A stretch of 64,000 nt of DNA from Azolla caroliniana. Its lineage: Eukaryota; Plantae; Polypodiophyta. Below the pieces are notes generated by a model, which saw only the letters and a program-made list of their open reading frames with translations, had not been told where the DNA came from and ran no database searches. How positions within the stretch are numbered: the stretch's first letter is position 1; each line of letters starts with the position of its first letter. The DNA lies in the NCBI GenBank assembly GCA_043228905.1, contig JBHGNT010000005.1:23436001-23500000 (forward strand). Reading direction: 5' to 3'. Of this stretch, positions 1 through 12,575 are shown piece by piece. The position numbers and the translations under genes are program-made.

Positions 1-1796
1 CTCTTATGAGGTCAGCCGGACTTAAGAAAGCACTCACATTGGCAAACGAAAAACTCTATCGCTCCAACTGAGAGAAGAATCCAGTTTGCCGATTCGGCTA
101 CAACGACTATATGGTATACCACTATGCCTTTATGATGAAGGTGGCAGCAGTTCGAGAACCGGAGAGCTTTGCCGAAGCCGCTAAAGATCCGCAATGGGTC
201 GAAGCAATGAACGAGGAGATGCAAGCTCTCAAAAAGAATGAGACATGGGATCTTGTCCCTCACTCACCGCATAAGAAGGCAATCGGCTGCAGATGGATAT
301 ACAAAGTGAAGTATAATGCCGACGGTTCCGTCAACCGTTACAAAGCTCAACTCGTAGCAAAGGGCTACACACAAACACAAGGAGTCGACTATGAAGAGAC
401 CTTTGCCCCGGTGGCAAAGATGACAACCGTGCAAACCGTGATAGCGCTTGTTGTAGAGAAATGGTGGCACCTCCACCAAATGGATGTCAAGAATGCCTTT
501 CTTCAAGGCGAATTAGAAGAGGAGGTGTACATGGTATAACCACTCGGCTTCGAATCCAACATTCATCCGAAAGCCGTTTGCCGACTCAAGAAGCCTCTCT
601 ACGACCTTGCGCAAGAACCATGTGCTTGGCACTCGAAGATAACACAATATCTTCATCGAATGGGCTTCCGAATGTCAAATTTTGACAATTCTCTTTTTGT
701 AAGAAGCGATTCTGAAAGTTTGATTGTCATCATCATATACGTGGCTCATTGGAATTGAGCATCTAGTCGACATCAACAGGGTCAAGTCCCTCCTCTCCAG
801 CAAATTCGAGATGACGAACATGAAAGAGCTTCATTACTTCCTTGGCATTGAGGTAATCTAGACTCCAACCGGAGTAATGATCTCTCAACCACACTACATC
901 CTCAACTTGTTATACAAGTTCGGGATGACCAAGTGCAAATCTGTGGCAACCCCTCTCGATTGAAACCTCAAACTGGATGCCAACTCCGGCACCACAGAGT
1001 GTGAGCCGACTCAGTATCGACGTTTGATCAGGAGCCTCATCTACCTCACGATCACTTGACCCGGTCGGCCTCCTTAGCCAATTCATGCAAGCTTTGCGAG
1101 ATATCCATTCAGATTGTGCTAAGCGTGTGCTACGATACATGAGTGGAACGATGGACTATGACATTCTCTATAAGTCGGTCACGCCAATTCAACTCGAAGG
1201 GTACATAGATGTTGATTGGGCTGGCTACAAAACCTATTGATGATCAACCTCTAGTTTCGTCTTCTCCCTCGGAAGTGGAGCCATCTCTTGGAGTAGTACG
1301 AAGTAACCAACCGTCGTTCTTCCGAACACAGAGGCCGAATATAGAGGCGCGACGGTGGCTGCATGTGAAGCCATATGGCTCAAGAGGATATTGACGGATT
1401 TGGGCATTCCCATCAAAGATCTGATTTCCCTTTATTGCGACTACATGAGCAATATTCATATGGCTCGGAACCCGGTGTTCCATGCACGCACGAAGCATAT
1501 TGAAGTGTACTATCACTTCATTCAAGAGCGCGTTCAAGCCGAAGATGTCGACCTTCAACACATCAACATGAATCTTTAGACTACCAACATCTTCACCAAA
1601 GCCCTAGGAGACGACAAGCTTCGGCAATTCATGTTAGACCTTGGATTGATGATCCCTAACTTTCCAAGCTTGAGGGGGAGTACATCCAAACCGGGTATCA
1701 GCCGAAGTGGACACCAAACAAGAGAGAACCGAATACCGTCTGAACCGGGTACCAGCCGAAGCAGACAAGCCGACCCAACTTGAGCTTGAGGGGGCA
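1..1796 (+). mobile_element. Ty1/copia family 1, copy A: degenerate RT-RNase H internal region, 5' part outside window
   Basis: Copia RT motifs (WVEAMNEEM, RYKAQLVAKG, HQMDVKNAFL) and RNase H motif (HARTKHIEVYYHF) interrupted by stops and frameshifts. PPT TGAGGGGGCA at 1787-1796. Confidence 0.93.
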
Positions 1797-2094
1797 TGTT
1801 GAGAATCAAGCTCAACCTAGTCTAATGTGTGAACACACCCTTGAGAGTGTATGAACACTCAAAGGTCAAAAGTCACACCACTACTCTCTACACATGAACT
1901 ATGTGTCATAGAATCATATTCTATGACACATAACTAATGAGTTTTCACATTCCCCATGACTCATGATCTTCGGTTGTTAATGAAGAGAGAGAGTGACTAT
2001 ATAATGCACTCTCCTCCTACTTTGTAGTATATCGGTTAATCTCCTTTGTAATATACAATCTTCTTGGTATTTCCATTTTTTCTATCTATCTTGT

Positions 2095-2158
<64 letters not shown>

Positions 2159-2216
2159 ACATAACACACATTTGTAACCTATTCCGTTGCGCAAGGATCA
2201 CCATCGATTCTTTACA
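1797..2216 (+). mobile_element. 3' LTR of copia family 1 copy A
   Basis: Begins TGTTGAGAATC directly after the PPT and ends TTCTTTACA. Homologous over its length to 19576-20019. Contains a (TC)n tract. Confidence 0.9.
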
Positions 2217-2418
2217 AGGTTTAATTCATTTCCAAGGAGTGGGTTCCTTCATTGTAGTTAATAAGTGGACCTAGCTCTAGAGCTTTACGCTAGATGGTCA
2301 CCCTAATGTGAAAGGGGCAATCTTTTTGTAGATGAGTTATAAAAGTAATTGTTGTGACCTTTGTAGGACTTCTTCTTGAATGTTTGGTCCACATCTCCCC
2401 ATTTGGAATCCAAGCTCT

Positions 2419-2710
2419 TGTTTGGAACAAGTCCCTCCGGATGGGATCCGGATGAGAACCGAATGTGCCAGATCAGACGTGACGAAGGAAGGAACCAGAC
2501 TGGATGGATCCGGAAGGTATCCGGATACCGGATCGGATGGATCCAAAAGAAATACGGCCGGATCTAGTATGAACAAGAAAATAGGAACATATTAGTAAAT
2601 ATGTTTAGACGTGACCATTGAGGTCATATTTGTAAATAGCCCCAAAGTTATATAAGTATAAATATAAGGAGGGAAATATTGTTATGATAGAGTTGTCATT
2701 ATCGTTGTAC

Positions 2711-2777
<67 letters not shown>

Positions 2778-3012
2778 TTTTATTCTGTTGTAACCACCGG
2801 TTGGCGAAGTTAGAGCTCAAGGTCATTGCCTCTAAGTCTCACACTGTGGTACCTCTCATCTATAGTGATCTTGTTCGGAGTTCCAAGAACTCTCGTGGTT
2901 TTTTCTCAATTAGGGTTTTCCATGTTAATAGTTAGGGTAGTCTTATTTCTGTTTTCTATTTTCTTCCATTGATTGAGTGAGACTCAGTTGCGGTCGAGCA
3001 CTATTCCACACA
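2419..3012 (+). mobile_element. 5' LTR of copia family 2 (Tnt1/Tork-like)
   Basis: Starts TGTTTGGAACAAG, homologous to the minus-strand LTR starts at 10344 and 23484. Ends CACA, followed by the PBS. Internal (GA)n tract. Confidence 0.85.
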
Positions 3013-3015
3013 ATT

Positions 3016-3027
3016 TGGTATCAGAGC
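3016..3027 (+). promoter_or_regulatory. Primer binding site (initiator tRNA-Met)
   Basis: TGGTATCAGAGC lies 3 nt after the LTR end, and the gag ATG follows immediately at 3028. Confidence 0.92.
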
Positions 3028-4366
3028 ATGGAAGATCCATTCGGTGGCATGTTCAAGCCCACCGGCTCCAACTACCCAATGTGGAAGTCAAAGATGAGGG
3101 ACATGTTGGTGGTCAAAGATCTCTAGCTACCGGTACAGTTTGGAGACAAAAGACCGGACAAGATCGATGTCGTGAACTAGGAGGTGATGCATATGAAGAT
3201 GACGGCATACATTCGATGCTTCATCGACATGAGCTTGTCTAACAAATTTAATGAAGAGAGTAAGGGTCATGTGCTCTAGGAGAAAATAGGTACCATGTTG
3301 GAGAGCAAAAATGTTGTGAATTTGGTCTCAATACTCTGGAAGTTCGTGAGACTTAGATACCAAGATGGATCCAGTATGACGGAGCACATGAATGCCTTCC
3401 AGGGGCTGATAAACCAAACAACCTCAATCGAAGTACCTCTAGCTGACGAGGGACTCATGTTGCTCCTGCTCAATTCCTTCCCGGATAGCTGGGAGACGTT
3501 GGTTGTCACTTTGGGCAACGTCGGGCCGGAAGGAAAACATCTGTCCTTAGCAAGGGTAAAATCAAGCTTGTTGGATGAAGAAGCACGCCGGAAGGACCGG
3601 GAGTCCGGAACCGATCCGAAGGCCTTGGTCATGGAAGACAACCATAACAAGGGAAGAGGTCGGAATCGGAGTCCCCAGAACCAGGATAAATCAAGGACGA
3701 GGTCGAAATCAAGGGGAAGGCCTACGGGATTCTACTGTGGGAAGTCAGGGCACTTCCAGAAGAATTGCCGACACTTCCGAAAAGAGAAAGGAACTGATAA
3801 TGCGGATTCGAAGAAGGGTCCGGACCAGAGAAGTTCGAATCAGAAAGGAACGTCGGCAATCGCGACAAGCGAAGAAGAACTACTGCTCATCACCGAGGAA
3901 AATGAGCGTCATTCCATGTCACTCCCGACTGGAAATACTTCTCATTGTATAGAGCCGGAGATCACGGTTTTGTCTGGATGGGAAATGAAGGCGCATGCCG
4001 AATTGTCAGCATAGGAGACGTGTTGCTGACGACGTCAACCGGGTGCAAGTTGCTACTGAAGGATGTCTGACATGTTCCGGAGGTTCGGTTGAACCTGATA
4101 TCAGCCAGTCGGCTAGATGATGAAGGCTACACAGGTAGCATCTGGAATGGAGTCATGAAGTTCAGCAAAGGGAGTCTGATCGTGGCCCAAGCCCGAAAGA
4201 TCAACTCATTGTACCTGATGCATGCCCGGATTTGCCAAGAGGAAGTAAATGTGGCATCTGACATTGCCAATGAGTTGTGGCACAAGAGGTTGTGCCACAT
4301 GAGCTAGAAGGGAATGCGGAGACGTGTCGAGGGCAACCTCATTCCAGAGGTGAATGACGTGCAGCT
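3028..4366 (+). pseudogene. Copia family 2 gag / protease remnant / GAG-pre-integrase, truncated
   Basis: NYPMWKSKMRDML gag start, degenerate zinc knuckle (FYCGKSGHFQKNC), NLISASRLD and LWHKRLCHMS. In-frame stops, and a deletion near 3905 removes the protease DSG. Confidence 0.88.
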
Positions 4367-4529
4367 TAGGGATCAGCAACGGCTCGGCTCAAGCCTAAAC
4401 CGGTTTAAAACGGCTTAGCAGCTTAGAGGCGCGTCTCGGCTTAGGTTTGAGCTTGACTAAACGGTTTGAGCTCGGTTTGGCTTGGTTTGAGCCTTGCCAA
4501 ACCGGCTCTAGACGTTTAAGCCGTTTAGA

Positions 4530-4560
<31 letters not shown>

Positions 4561-4561
4561 C

Positions 4562-4595
<34 letters not shown>

Positions 4596-4620
4596 GAGCT
4601 ATATAGACAAGGAGAGAGAG

Positions 4621-4653
<33 letters not shown>

Positions 4654-4840
4654 AAGAGAGGGGGAGGGGGTGAGAGAAGGGGAGAGAGAGAGAGGGAGGG
4701 AAAGAGCTTGTATATAGTACATAGTGGATCGTCTGTGAGAGAGAGGGAGGGAGCTTGTATAGTACATAGTGGATCGTCACAGAGAGAGAGACGGGGGGGG
4801 GAGGGGGGGGGTTTGGTTTGGCTTGGTTCAAGTTTGAGAA
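4367..4840. mobile_element. Probable hAT-type DNA transposon terminus
   Basis: Begins TAGGGATCAGCAACGG exactly where the copia sequence stops. Clustered AAACGG/AAACCG/GGTTTG subterminal motifs, (GA)n/(GT)n tracts and a ~50-bp tandem duplication. No partner TIR found. Confidence 0.5.
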
Positions 4841-6619
4841 CCACGTAAAATGACCAATTGAATAAGAACGTGGGACATATTCTCTTGGTTCCTATGGCCA
4901 ATTGAATAAGAAAGTGGAACGTATTCAAACCATGGTCAACGCCGAGGGAGAGGGGAAAACAAACAAGTTTTGTAAAAAGGTAGGCGTGGTGGCCCTTAAT
5001 TCACTACCAAAATTTTGGATTGGTGCCCGAGTCTTGGAAGAATGGGAGATGCCACAAGAGTTGTGCATTGGGGGCTTAGTAAGAGGATCCATGATGTCAC
5101 GGAACCATCCTTTAGACTCGACAAGAACAATGGTTGGCTAGGTCACCATTTTGTTTACATAAAGTGAGAAGAACAAGAGGAGGTCAAACGTAGTGTTCGA
5201 TTGTGATCTCGGATAGAAATCATACAATTGAGTGAGGGCATGGGTGAGCTGAAACTGGTTCATTAGGTTCATGTAGAATACAAATGATGTCAAATTGTTG
5301 GGAAAATAGAAATCTTTGCCAAGTCGTCATGGGGACTAGTAGAAGTAGTTGTTGATGTAACATGAGATCCAAAGAGGATGGGCTAGTCGAGTAATTTATG
5401 TCAGAGTTCTTGTAAGATGTCACCTTTAACACATGTTTACATTGGCCCCGAATTAAGTTTACTTTTAAGTATTTTCAAGTGGGTGTATAGCATTTATGCG
5501 TGCATGGGGGTGTTTGAATACATATAATTATATTTTTTGTATGAACATTTTCCGTAAACATATATGTATGTATAGATGTTCAAATTTATACATGCGTGTA
5601 GTTGTGTTTGTGTGAGCTTATGTAAAGGAGTATTAATGTATATGATTCAGTTTATGTGTATCTATGTATAGGTGTACTAGCGAATATGAGTTAGTTATAT
5701 GTGTGTAATGTGGCTATGTGTTGGCAGTTTTATTGGTAGTTATCTAAGGGGTATTTTGGGATATGAGTAAATTTAAGTTATTGGTGTTTTTTTCTTTTGT
5801 TTTTAATAATGTTTTCTTTTTCTAAAGTTGAGATAGAGTCAATGGCAAGTGGCAACAACTGCAAACATCGAAGTAGTTCACCACTAGCAACGATGATGAC
5901 AATAGATGACACTGACGGGTGGCAACGTACAGGTAGTGACTACAGTTTCTGTTGACTGCTACAATAGCCATAGGTTCGAGGAAGCTACTCGACTCGAGCT
6001 TCCCTCGAGGTTTGATGCCTTTACACGTGGCTTTGAGGAGTTTTCCTCAAATTGAGGAAACTTCCTTTGCACAAGGGTGATTTCCTCAGATGGAAGAAAA
6101 CCTTTTTAGGCATGGTGTTAGAGGAATGTTTCCTCAAATGAGGAATTTACTTGTGGCACTCAAGGATTCATACTTCTCTCAATAATTACGAATTTGTCCT
6201 TTTTGTTAGATGCCATTCTGGGGATTGGAATTTGGCTTCGGTCCGTATGAGGGGTTCGACTCCCATCATCCGAAAAATCTATAATTACTTGTAAAAAAAA
6301 ATTTGGTGATTGTTTGTGTTCCAAAAATTTCCTCATGACAACTTTTGCATAACTTAGTGCTTGTCTGCCAAGCCCTTTGGTGTTGTTTCTTAAGGTTCAT
6401 TTTTCATTGAATTTGCTCCAAATTTGTGCAACTTATGTGACCTCTGCTTGTGTGAATGCTCTCTTAATTCGCAATCTTGAGCGAGCCCCTCGACCCGTTG
6501 AATCCTTTGCATCGGCGTGGGCTTTGGTTGCCCTCTCGTCTGCTTGGCCTTCATATGATTTGGCTTCTCCGAATCATTCATCTTCACCAAATTGATTGTC
6601 TTCGATTCCTTCCCACTCT

Positions 6620-7207
6620 TGTCCGAATCAACTATCTCCGATTCATCTTCAGATCGGCCCTTGGCTACCTCAGCCCAAGTTCTGGTCTTCTTCACCACGA
6701 CTCAGCCTCCCCCTTGTTCAGTTGTCTTTGGCTTCGGCTCTCTCTTGTGGCCGCTCCCCTTGCAACTGGCTAGTCTACACTTGACCGTTCTTCTTCCATT
6801 TGTCCTCTCATCCGATCCGATCTCGGCTTTTTAGTCGTCCCAGACATTCCGACTTCTTTAGTAGTCCCGAAATCGAATTCCACATCCGATTGGGTTTTTT
6901 GAACTTCATCAGCTATTGTCCGAATCAGTTATCTCTGATTCATCTTCTAGTCAGCCCTTGGCTACCTCAGTCCAAGTCATGGTCTTCTTCTCCATGGCTC
7001 TGCGTCCACCTTGTTCTGTTGGCTCTGTCTTTGGCTCTCTCTTTTGACTGCTCTCCTTGCAACTGGTTAGTCTACACTTGACCATTCTTCTTCCATTTGT
7101 CCTCTCATTCGAGCCGATCTTGGCTTTTCAACCGTCCCAAACATTATGGCTTCTTCAGTAGTCTTGATATTGAATTCCACATCCAATTCGGTTTTTCGAA
7201 CTTCATC
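6620..7207. repeat. Tandem duplication, 2 x ~297 bp, in the 3' region of a minus-strand copia
   Basis: Units start TGTCCGAATCA at 6620 and 6917 and align over their full length. Confidence 0.88.
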
Positions 7208-7242
7208 TCTTTCGCTCTCACCATCAATTATGCTTCCGCTTC

Positions 7243-7510
7243 TCCCCCTCAAGTTCGACATGTCAAGGTGCTATAAGCCGTACATACTTGAAAAATGTCG
7301 TAACTTGTCTAGGTTGAGAGGTGTGGTGAAGATATCGGCCACATGTCGATCCGTCCGAACGTAGACAAGTTCCACTTCATCGGAGAGAACCCGCTTGCAT
7401 ACAAAGTGATAGTTCACCTCAATGTGCTTTGTCGGAGCATGGAAGATGGGGTTCTTCACTAACTAGATATTGTTGAGGTTGTCGCAGTGGATCACTATCA
7501 AATCAGAAAC
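7243..7510 (-). mobile_element. Copia RNase H C-terminal fragment with PPT-like LRG end
   Basis: IHCDNLNNI, NPIFHAPTKHIEVNYHF, ADIFTTPL and MSNLRG (TTGAGGGGGAGA on the minus strand). Confidence 0.82.
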
Positions 7511-7529
7511 CTCCACTTCAGGTATGTTT

Positions 7530-7805
7530 CCTATATCGACAATTCTCACAGAAGTCTGTTTTGGCTTGATGGAGTTCGATATGTAGCCGATTGCCAATAG
7601 CCATTCTAATTCGGCTTTTGACATGTGGCCGAGTCTGCCATGCCATAACGTAGTTGTTGACATTTCAGCTACATTGAGTGACTCTGACTGAGGTGTTCTT
7701 ACTTTCTGGAATATTCTTTAGATCGGCACCTTCAGCTCTCCCTTTTTCCTTCTAATAATGCCGACGGTTCTTTTGGAAGTGTCCCAGCTTCCCACAGTAG
7801 ATCGT
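7530..7805 (-). mobile_element. Deleted copia fragment (zinc knuckle fused to GAG-pre-integrase)
   Basis: IYCGKLGHFQKN and LWHGRLGHMS motifs lie within ~250 bp. Confidence 0.65.
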
Positions 7806-7839
7806 GGAGGACGGGGTGGATCGGCACGCAATGGAGACG

Positions 7840-9050
7840 ACCAATCTAAGTAGAACCAAAGGCATAATAGATATGTTGACAATAGTGAACCGTCCACAAC
7901 TAGGGGGAGTCAAGGTGGTGTCGTGAGCCGGCAAGGAAAATCTACAGACTATTGGTATTGTGGCCAGAAGGGCCACAAAGAGAGTGAGTGCTAGAAAAAG
8001 AAATCAGATTTGGATAGAGCCGAACCGAGCCGTGTCGATAGACAAAGTCGAGAGGTGTCACACTACGCCGAAGGGTTAAGGTGAGGCAAAAAGAGCCATG
8101 CCTTCATCATGAAGCACAAGGCCAATTCGATGGTGTCGAGCTCCTCTAAACCAAAGGAGGTGTGGTATGTGGATTCTGACGCATCGAACCACATGACGAA
8201 CCATGAAGAATGGTTCTCCTAACTTGAGAAGCCAGAACAATTGGGGGTTGTTGAAACCAACCACGACACCCCTCACCCCATCGAACACATCGGAGACGTC
8301 CTTCTAATCCATATCGACTAGAGAGGAATAATGAGGAACTTCCTACACATCCTAATGATCATTAAGAATTTGGTGTCGGTTAGTCAGATCATCAATCAGA
8401 GGATGCAGGTTTAGTTCACTCATCTCGGGTGCTTCATTGAGGAGGAAGGCTGAATTATAGCGCAAGGGTGTAGAGAAGGGAGGATTTTCGTACTTGAAAC
8501 AAACGACATTGGCACTACTATGTTCTCCAAAGGGCAAAAGGTCAAGTCAGACATCAACCTGTGGCACACCAACTTCCCATGACTTCAAGTGATGCAGACG
8601 AAGAACATTGTTTTCAACTTGCCTAAATTAAGTGGCCAAAATGGCCAAGCCTAGGAAGCCTGCCATTTAGGGAAGTAGCATCGGCTTTCCATTCCCCAAT
8701 GAGAATAATCGAAGCCATAACAAGCTCGATTTAATCCACTCGAATGTATGGTGACGAGCAAGGAACGTGAGCATTGGAGAGAGCCAATATTTCATCACCT
8801 TCATCGATGACTTCACTCGAGAAGAAAAGTGAAGTCTTCTCTTGCGTCCCTAAGATGAAAAACCTTGCTGAACGAGAGACAAGATGAAAAATCAAATGCC
8901 TCAGGACCAATGGTGGAACATAATACTTTTCTAGCCAATTTAAAAGTTAATTGTAGAAGGTGGGAATTCGGCGCGAAGTCCCACCTTTCGGCAGCTTTGT
9001 CAATTCATATGTGTGGTTCTCATGTAGGGAATCCATCTCATCCTACATGA
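7840..9050 (+). mobile_element. Degenerate copia (family 1-like) gag knuckle-protease-integrase fragment
   Basis: Codons for YCGQKGH, VWYVDS.ASNHMTNHEEWF and YFITFIDDF. Homologous to 15150-16000, with many stops. Confidence 0.78.
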
Positions 9051-9723
9051 CACTTAACCACTTGCAATTGTGGGTGTCTTTCTTTGCTTCTTCGAAGCTT
9101 TTCGGCTCCCCCTCGTCAGTCAGTAAAACATGCTCTACATTCAGAAATCTCTAATTCTGGTGTCCGGTTCTTCTTTGGTCGGTTCAATTCTTTGTCTGAA
9201 TCCAGCCGGTTCATCATGGTCTTCGGCTGACATCCGGCTTCTAACTAGATGTGTCCTTGCATCTTCCAACTGATCTCTATCGGTCGACCCAGAGTCCACT
9301 ATCTTCTTCTCTGATTCCCAATCGGCAATAGTCTTGTCTTCCATGAAGAATATGTCTCACTCCAGAAGACCTTCTTGTCGACCAAGTCCCACACTAGGTA
9401 GCCGAACTCATCGTCGTCATATCCAAGGAATATACATGGTCGGGACTTCGGATCCAATTTAGCTCTCTTGTCCTTTGTTACATGTATGTAGGTGAGACAA
9501 CCGAACACCTTCAAGTGTCGGTAAGACACGTCTTTACCGGTCCATACTCTCTGTGGCGTGTCTCCATCCAAGGGCACTAAGGATGATCTATTTATCACAT
9601 ATGTCGTCGTCATCAACACCTCAGCCCAAAACGTCTTGGACAGTTTGGCATGTGCAAGCATGCTCCAGACTCTCTCCATCACAGTCTGGTTCATCCTTTC
9701 GGCCAATCCGTTAAGCTCCGATG
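9050..9723 (-). mobile_element. Copia family 2 integrase core/C-terminal fragment
   Basis: NGLAERMNQT, FWAEV, LKVFGC and KLDPKSRPCIFLGY. Confidence 0.88.
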
Positions 9724-9994
9724 TGTCAGGAACTACACGCTCCCGATGAACAACGCTCGGCCACAACCAAGCTTAGAATCAAACACAGAAAACGGGAATG
9801 AATGCACGACACAATAGAGAGAAGAGTACATAGGATGTTTACGTGGAAATCCAAACACGGGAAAAACCACGGCAGTCCACTGACTGCTAACTATCACTAT
9901 GTAACAAAATACAATAGATGAACACAGAGGCAACGACCTCTTGTTCACTGTCTTCGCCACAGGCGGCGGTTACAACAGAGATACGAACTCTTCA

Positions 9995-10042
<48 letters not shown>

Positions 10043-10344
10043 CATTGTTGCACTCTAATCTTGCGCCAACAAGAATGACAACAACCACTCCCTCTAAGTT
10101 TGCCCTAAGTCATATTTATATTAATATGACTTTTCGGCTATTTACAAATATAGCCCCGATGGACTCTCATAAAACATATTTACGAATATGTCCTTTCATC
10201 CGATGAGCACTTCTCACCGGGCCTTCACCATCCAGCTCTTGCCGGGTACTCGTCATCCGGTTCTCACCGGGTCCTCCGTAGCCGGGTACTCCACATCAGT
10301 ACTGTTCTTCTCACTTCCCATCTGAAGGAACCTGTTTCCTAACA
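9724..10344 (-). mobile_element. 3' LTR of a copia family 2 element
   Basis: Minus strand TGTTAGGAAAC...GTTCCTGACA, preceded by PPT GAAGGGGGAGTT (10345-10356). Confidence 0.88.
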
Positions 10345-11622
10345 AACTCCCCCTTCACTCCGGCATGGGATGTCTTACTAGTCCGATCCGCTTCCGGCAT
10401 GCATCCAGCTTGTCAGATATCAGTACTTTGGTCAGCATATCTGACCCGTTATCAGCTGCGTGGATCTTCGTCAGCGCAAACTCCTGGTCATCTACTCTTT
10501 CCCGGATCCAGTGATACCTTCGTTGGATATGCTTCATTCGGGAATGGTAGGCCGCATTCTTAGCAAGGTGGATGGCACTTTAACTGTCGCAATAGAGCCG
10601 GTATTCATCTTGCCGAATACCGAGCTCTCCGATGAAGTCCTTCATCCATAATATTTCCTTGCCGGCTTCCACAGCCGCCATGTACTCCGCCTCCATGGTT
10701 GACAACGCAACCGTCTTCTGCAGCCTCGACTGCCACGAAACAACTTCCCCTGCATATGTCATTATATACCCGGATGTAGACCGGTTGGTATCCACATCAG
10801 CCGACATGTCCAAATCGGTAAAACCGTCAAGTTGAGGTTTTATGGAGCCGAATCGGAGACACGTATTTGAAGTGCCCTTCAAGTACCGGAGTATCATTTT
10901 GACCGCGTTCTAGTGCTCCTTGCCAGGATTGCTCATAAACCGGCTTACCACTTCGACTGCGTATCCTATATCCGGTTGGTTACACACCATTGCGTACATT
11001 AAACTCTCGACGGCAGAGGCATATGGAACCTTCATCATATCAGCCTTCTCTGCTTTCATCTTCGGGCTTTGCTTACCGGATAATCTGCAGTTTGCCGGGA
11101 GTGTCGATCCAACCGGTTTCGCTTCTAACATGTTGAACCGCTGAAGCACCTTTGTCACGTATTTCTCCTGTGACAGCCACAATTGCTTCGTTGGCCGGTT
11201 CCGGATGATATGCATCCCCAGCATCTTTCTTACCGGACCCAAGTCTTTCATCGCAAAAGTTCGGTTGAGAGCCTTCTTCAACATCCGTATTCTGGCTTGG
11301 TTCCGTCTGACGATCAACATGTCGTCCACGTACAGAAGGAGTATTAGGAAGTCGCCTCCTTCGAACTTCTTCACAAACACATAGTGATTGGTCTGCGTCT
11401 TGTGGTACCCTTGATCGGCCATGAAGGAGTCGAACTTCCGGTACCATTGTCGGGGAGCCTGCTTCAGTCCGTACAGGCCTTTCTTCAACCGGCAGACCAG
11501 GTGCTCCTTCCCTTTCTCCATGAATCCTTCCGGTTGCTGCATGTAGATCTCCTCTTCGAGGTCACCGTGAAGGAATGTCGTCTTCACGTCCAGCTGCTCT
11601 ACCTCGAGGTCCATGCTTGCCG
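10345..11622 (-). mobile_element. Copia family 2 RT (from mid-domain) and RNase H
   Basis: QLDVKTTFLHG, LYGLKQAPRQW, LLYVDDM, SWQSRLQKTVALST and KHIQRRYHWIRE (Tnt1/Tork-type). Confidence 0.93.
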
Positions 11623-11822
11623 TGTCGGGAACTCAACGCTCCTTATGTCCAACGCTTGGCCACAACCGAGATTCTTTTCATACACAGAAAACGGGAAACA
11701 AATGCACGACACAAAGGAGAGAAAAAAAGGTAGACAGGATGTTTACGTGGAAAACCCAAACTGAGGGAAAAACCACGGCAACCCACAAGCTGCAAACTAT
11801 CACTATATTGGAATGTACAAAT
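11623..11822 (-). mobile_element. Partial LTR (3'/U5 part) of copia family 2
   Basis: Aligns to 9724-9910 (TGTCGGGAACT...GGATGTTTACGTGGAAA...CTATCACTAT). Confidence 0.85.
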
Positions 11823-12575
11823 AGTGAGTTCACGGAGGCATGTGACTTCATGTCCACTGGGCATACATCGGTATTCACAAGTTCCAACGGTTCTTTCGGC
11901 AATAAAAGCAAGTGGGCCTCCCCCTTGACTTCGACCTCGTCCTCGATTTGTCTCAGTTCTATGGACTCCGATTCCGGCCTCTTCCTCGGTTATGGTTGTC
12001 TTCTATAACCAAGGCCTTTGGATCGGTTCTAGACTCTCGGTCCTTCTAGCGAGCTTCTTCGTTTAGCAAACTTGACTTCACTCTCGCTAGGGATAGGTTC
12101 TTTCCTTCCGGTCTGGCATTGCCCAGAGTGACAATCAATGTCTCCCAGCTATCCAGAAGGGACCCGAGCAATAACAATGCCAGTACCTCATCAGCCAACA
12201 GTACTTTGAGCGAGGTAGTCTGGTTTATCAGCCCCTAGAAGGCGTTCATATGCTCTACCATGTTGGCGTCGTCTTGATATTGGAGCCTCACTATCTTCTA
12301 GAATACCGAAACCCGATTTATGGCGTTCTTGTTCTCCAACATCGTGTTGATCTTCTCCCAAAGCTCATTGGCCTTGTTCTCTTCATTAAATTTATTGTAC
12401 AAACTCATGTTGATGAAGCATCAAATGTATGTCATCGTTTTCATGTGCATTACTTCCCAAATCGTGGTATCGATCTTGTCTAGTCTTTTGTCCCCAAATT
12501 GTACCGGTAGCTAGAGATCTTTCACCACCAACATGTTCCTCATCTTCGACTTCCATACTGGTTAGTTGGAGTCAT
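11823..12575 (-). mobile_element. Internally deleted copia family 2 gag fused to the integrase start
   Basis: Inverted homolog of 3060-3730. The zinc knuckle start (TCFYC) is joined to KEPLELVNTDVC. Confidence 0.82.

Noticed and set aside
2605-2935. ORFs with SLSLSL/ERERER or THTHTH runs (also 4508-4928 and 54992-55204)
   Set aside because: These are translations of (GA)n/(GT)n microsatellites.
4840-5432. Possible coding remnant
   Set aside because: No motif could be recognised with confidence in any frame.
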